Origin: Styela clava
Taxonomy: Eukaryota
Length of the DNA: 64,000 nucleotides
Assembly (NCBI RefSeq): GCF_964204865.1
Contig: NC_135255.1
Coordinates: 1,736,001 to 1,800,000 of the forward strand
Direction: 5' to 3'
Shown here: positions 62,101 to 64,000 of the stretch, piece by piece
Layout: every line of letters begins with the position of its first letter
Numbering within the stretch: the stretch's first letter is position 1
Notes under the pieces: generated by a model
Seen by the model: the letters and a program-made list of their open reading frames with translations, nothing else
The model's database searches: none
Told to the model about the DNA's origin: nothing
Translations under genes and position numbers: made by a program

Positions 62101-64000
62101 CATACAACTCGGCAACTCGCATACAATTAAATCTTTATAAACAGGCAATGCTTGTGCTATAAACAGGTATTTTAATTAAAAATAGTGAAAACTAAACCTT
62201 AAAATTGAATTTAGCATCACGGAAGACTTAGAAATGTGTAAACAGAATTCAAACTGACTAATGTTTTGAAAGCACGCCCCAATGTCAAAACACAAAGTAG
62301 GGTCTATTGTTGAGGTGCCCTATTTCAGCGATATTGACTGATACTACAATGGTATGTTTTGAACTTTTTGCTCAAAACGCCAAATTTACCTGCAATTTGA
62401 TTGGATAGAATAATAAGTAAAATGTACGTTTTATCATTACTCAGCGCATTGAGACTGTGAAAAATATGATTAAATTTAACAAGAGATCACTGCTCAAACA
62501 CATGTACACGAATGCCAAAACGAAGTAGTAGGTATCGAATTTTATACAGTTTCGCAATAAAGATATATACAATGAGTAGAAACTATCGCACTTCATTGGT
62601 CTGTGTCAAGATTTACATCGTCCGGCTTCACGGTTCATTGCATATGGAGAAAATCCCACGCCACAAGTACTAAATTCGCCTTGCTTCAGTCGAGACGGGT
62701 GCGATATACTTGAGGCCCTGTTATTCTTCTGTTTAAAATGATCATAAACTAATGATTGTAAGTACGTTAAAGCATTTTATTAATTGTACCAAAATGAATT
62801 TTACATTTTAAAATTATATGATAGATCTTGGGATTTTTCTAATATCGATATCTTATAAATCATCACAAGCGGTTGACAATATAATCAAAACGTATTATAA
62901 TCGGGCATTATATCGCCCAGTTTAACGCAGAGTGCTGCAGTAGGAGATATTTCATCAGCACAATTAAATTAATAAAAACCCCTAAAATGCTCGCATCGGT
63001 GTGAATTATCCGTTAAGAAGTTTGGCTCTTTTCACGAGTGGCGACATTTCGGCGACCGTTTCAGAATCCCTTAAATGGAAATTTCTGAATTTTGATTTTG
63101 AACACCCCACGCCTCTTTGAAAATCTTGGCTGCGCCACTGAAAGTATGTATTGTAACGTAAGTCTAATCGAATCTTCTATTATGGCATTTTGTGTCGGGA
63201 TAATATGTGAAAATTCTAGTCAATTATGCCTAAGACCAAAATTTCGCAAGCTCTCGGATACAGAAATTATAAAGGAATCCATCCTATAAGCCAGGATCAA
63301 CCGATTTTTACGATTATCGTTTTTTTTTAATTAATCTCATTGGCCTAATCATTGAGCTGGAATTACAAACTTACTATTACTATCAAATACCCCACGTATC
63401 GTGTACCAAAACATTACATTATTACAAGATATTATTGCTCCTTGACCCATTTATTTCAATGCGTTCGCTGACAAGAAAGTGCAAAACAGAAAACCAGTCG
63501 AGCGTTTACTACCTGCAGCGTAACAATGGTAAGACAAGGTCCATTTTGATCTATTGTTAAATGCATCGATAGTCTGACCGCCAGATCACTGAGATGTGAT
63601 CACGGAACCACGGTACGCAATTTTTAATTTTGATAAGGTCAGGATCGCGCATCGGTACGGTAATGACTCGAAAGCACTGAGTTTGCCGAAAAGATCGACA
63701 GACGAGTAAGTAATATTTGTTCATCACCATGTGAAAATTAAAAAAAAACACATTCACAAACAAGCAAAACATTGTTATTCACAGGTGGAGGGAGGTAATC
63801 TAACCGTGTGACGTATTGATGCTATTAAAAGATGAACAATAAAACAACTACGTTAATCAATTGTTTATAGTGGGGCATTGCTTTTATATTTCGAAGACTG
63901 TTGTTCGAATTGGGCACAACTAGTGACAAAAATCATTTTTTCCTCATTACCTTGAAGTTCTAAATAATAGAGCATGGACATTAGATCAAAAATTAACGAG

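Overview
AT-rich eukaryotic (invertebrate) genomic DNA with GT-AG introns and dense transposon content. The repeat style suggests a tunicate/ascidian, but this is inference only. I can reconstruct four protein-coding genes by eye: (1) FBXW5 with an intronless CDS (-, 6783-8840); (2) a 7-exon CD20/MS4A-like tetraspan membrane gene that the ORF track essentially misses (+, 18976-21790); (3) a 2-exon INO80B (-, 22664-23617); (4) a 7-exon, ~475-aa Gq-class G-protein alpha subunit (+, 36219-54016). The G-alpha is the most unusual item. It has an in-frame ~113-aa basic, disordered insertion in switch III that looks like a fossilised intron, Ser at the Ras-G12-equivalent P-loop position (GTSESGKS), G15/16-like switch motifs, and six introns that do not match the canonical Gq positions as I recall them. 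The rest is nested mobile DNA: hAT MITEs with 8-bp TSDs (mostly Buster-type nnnTAnnn), hAT and Sola-like transposase relics, a MULE-like element with a 9-bp TSD, two L1/Tx1-like LINEs, an RLE-type (NeSL/Utopia/R2-like) retrotransposon, a small LTR relic with a tRNA-Trp-like PBS, a tRNA-derived SINE family with an (ATCCT)n tail, and a 1.4-kb local duplication carrying a palindromic tandem array. Everything was read manually and no searches were run.
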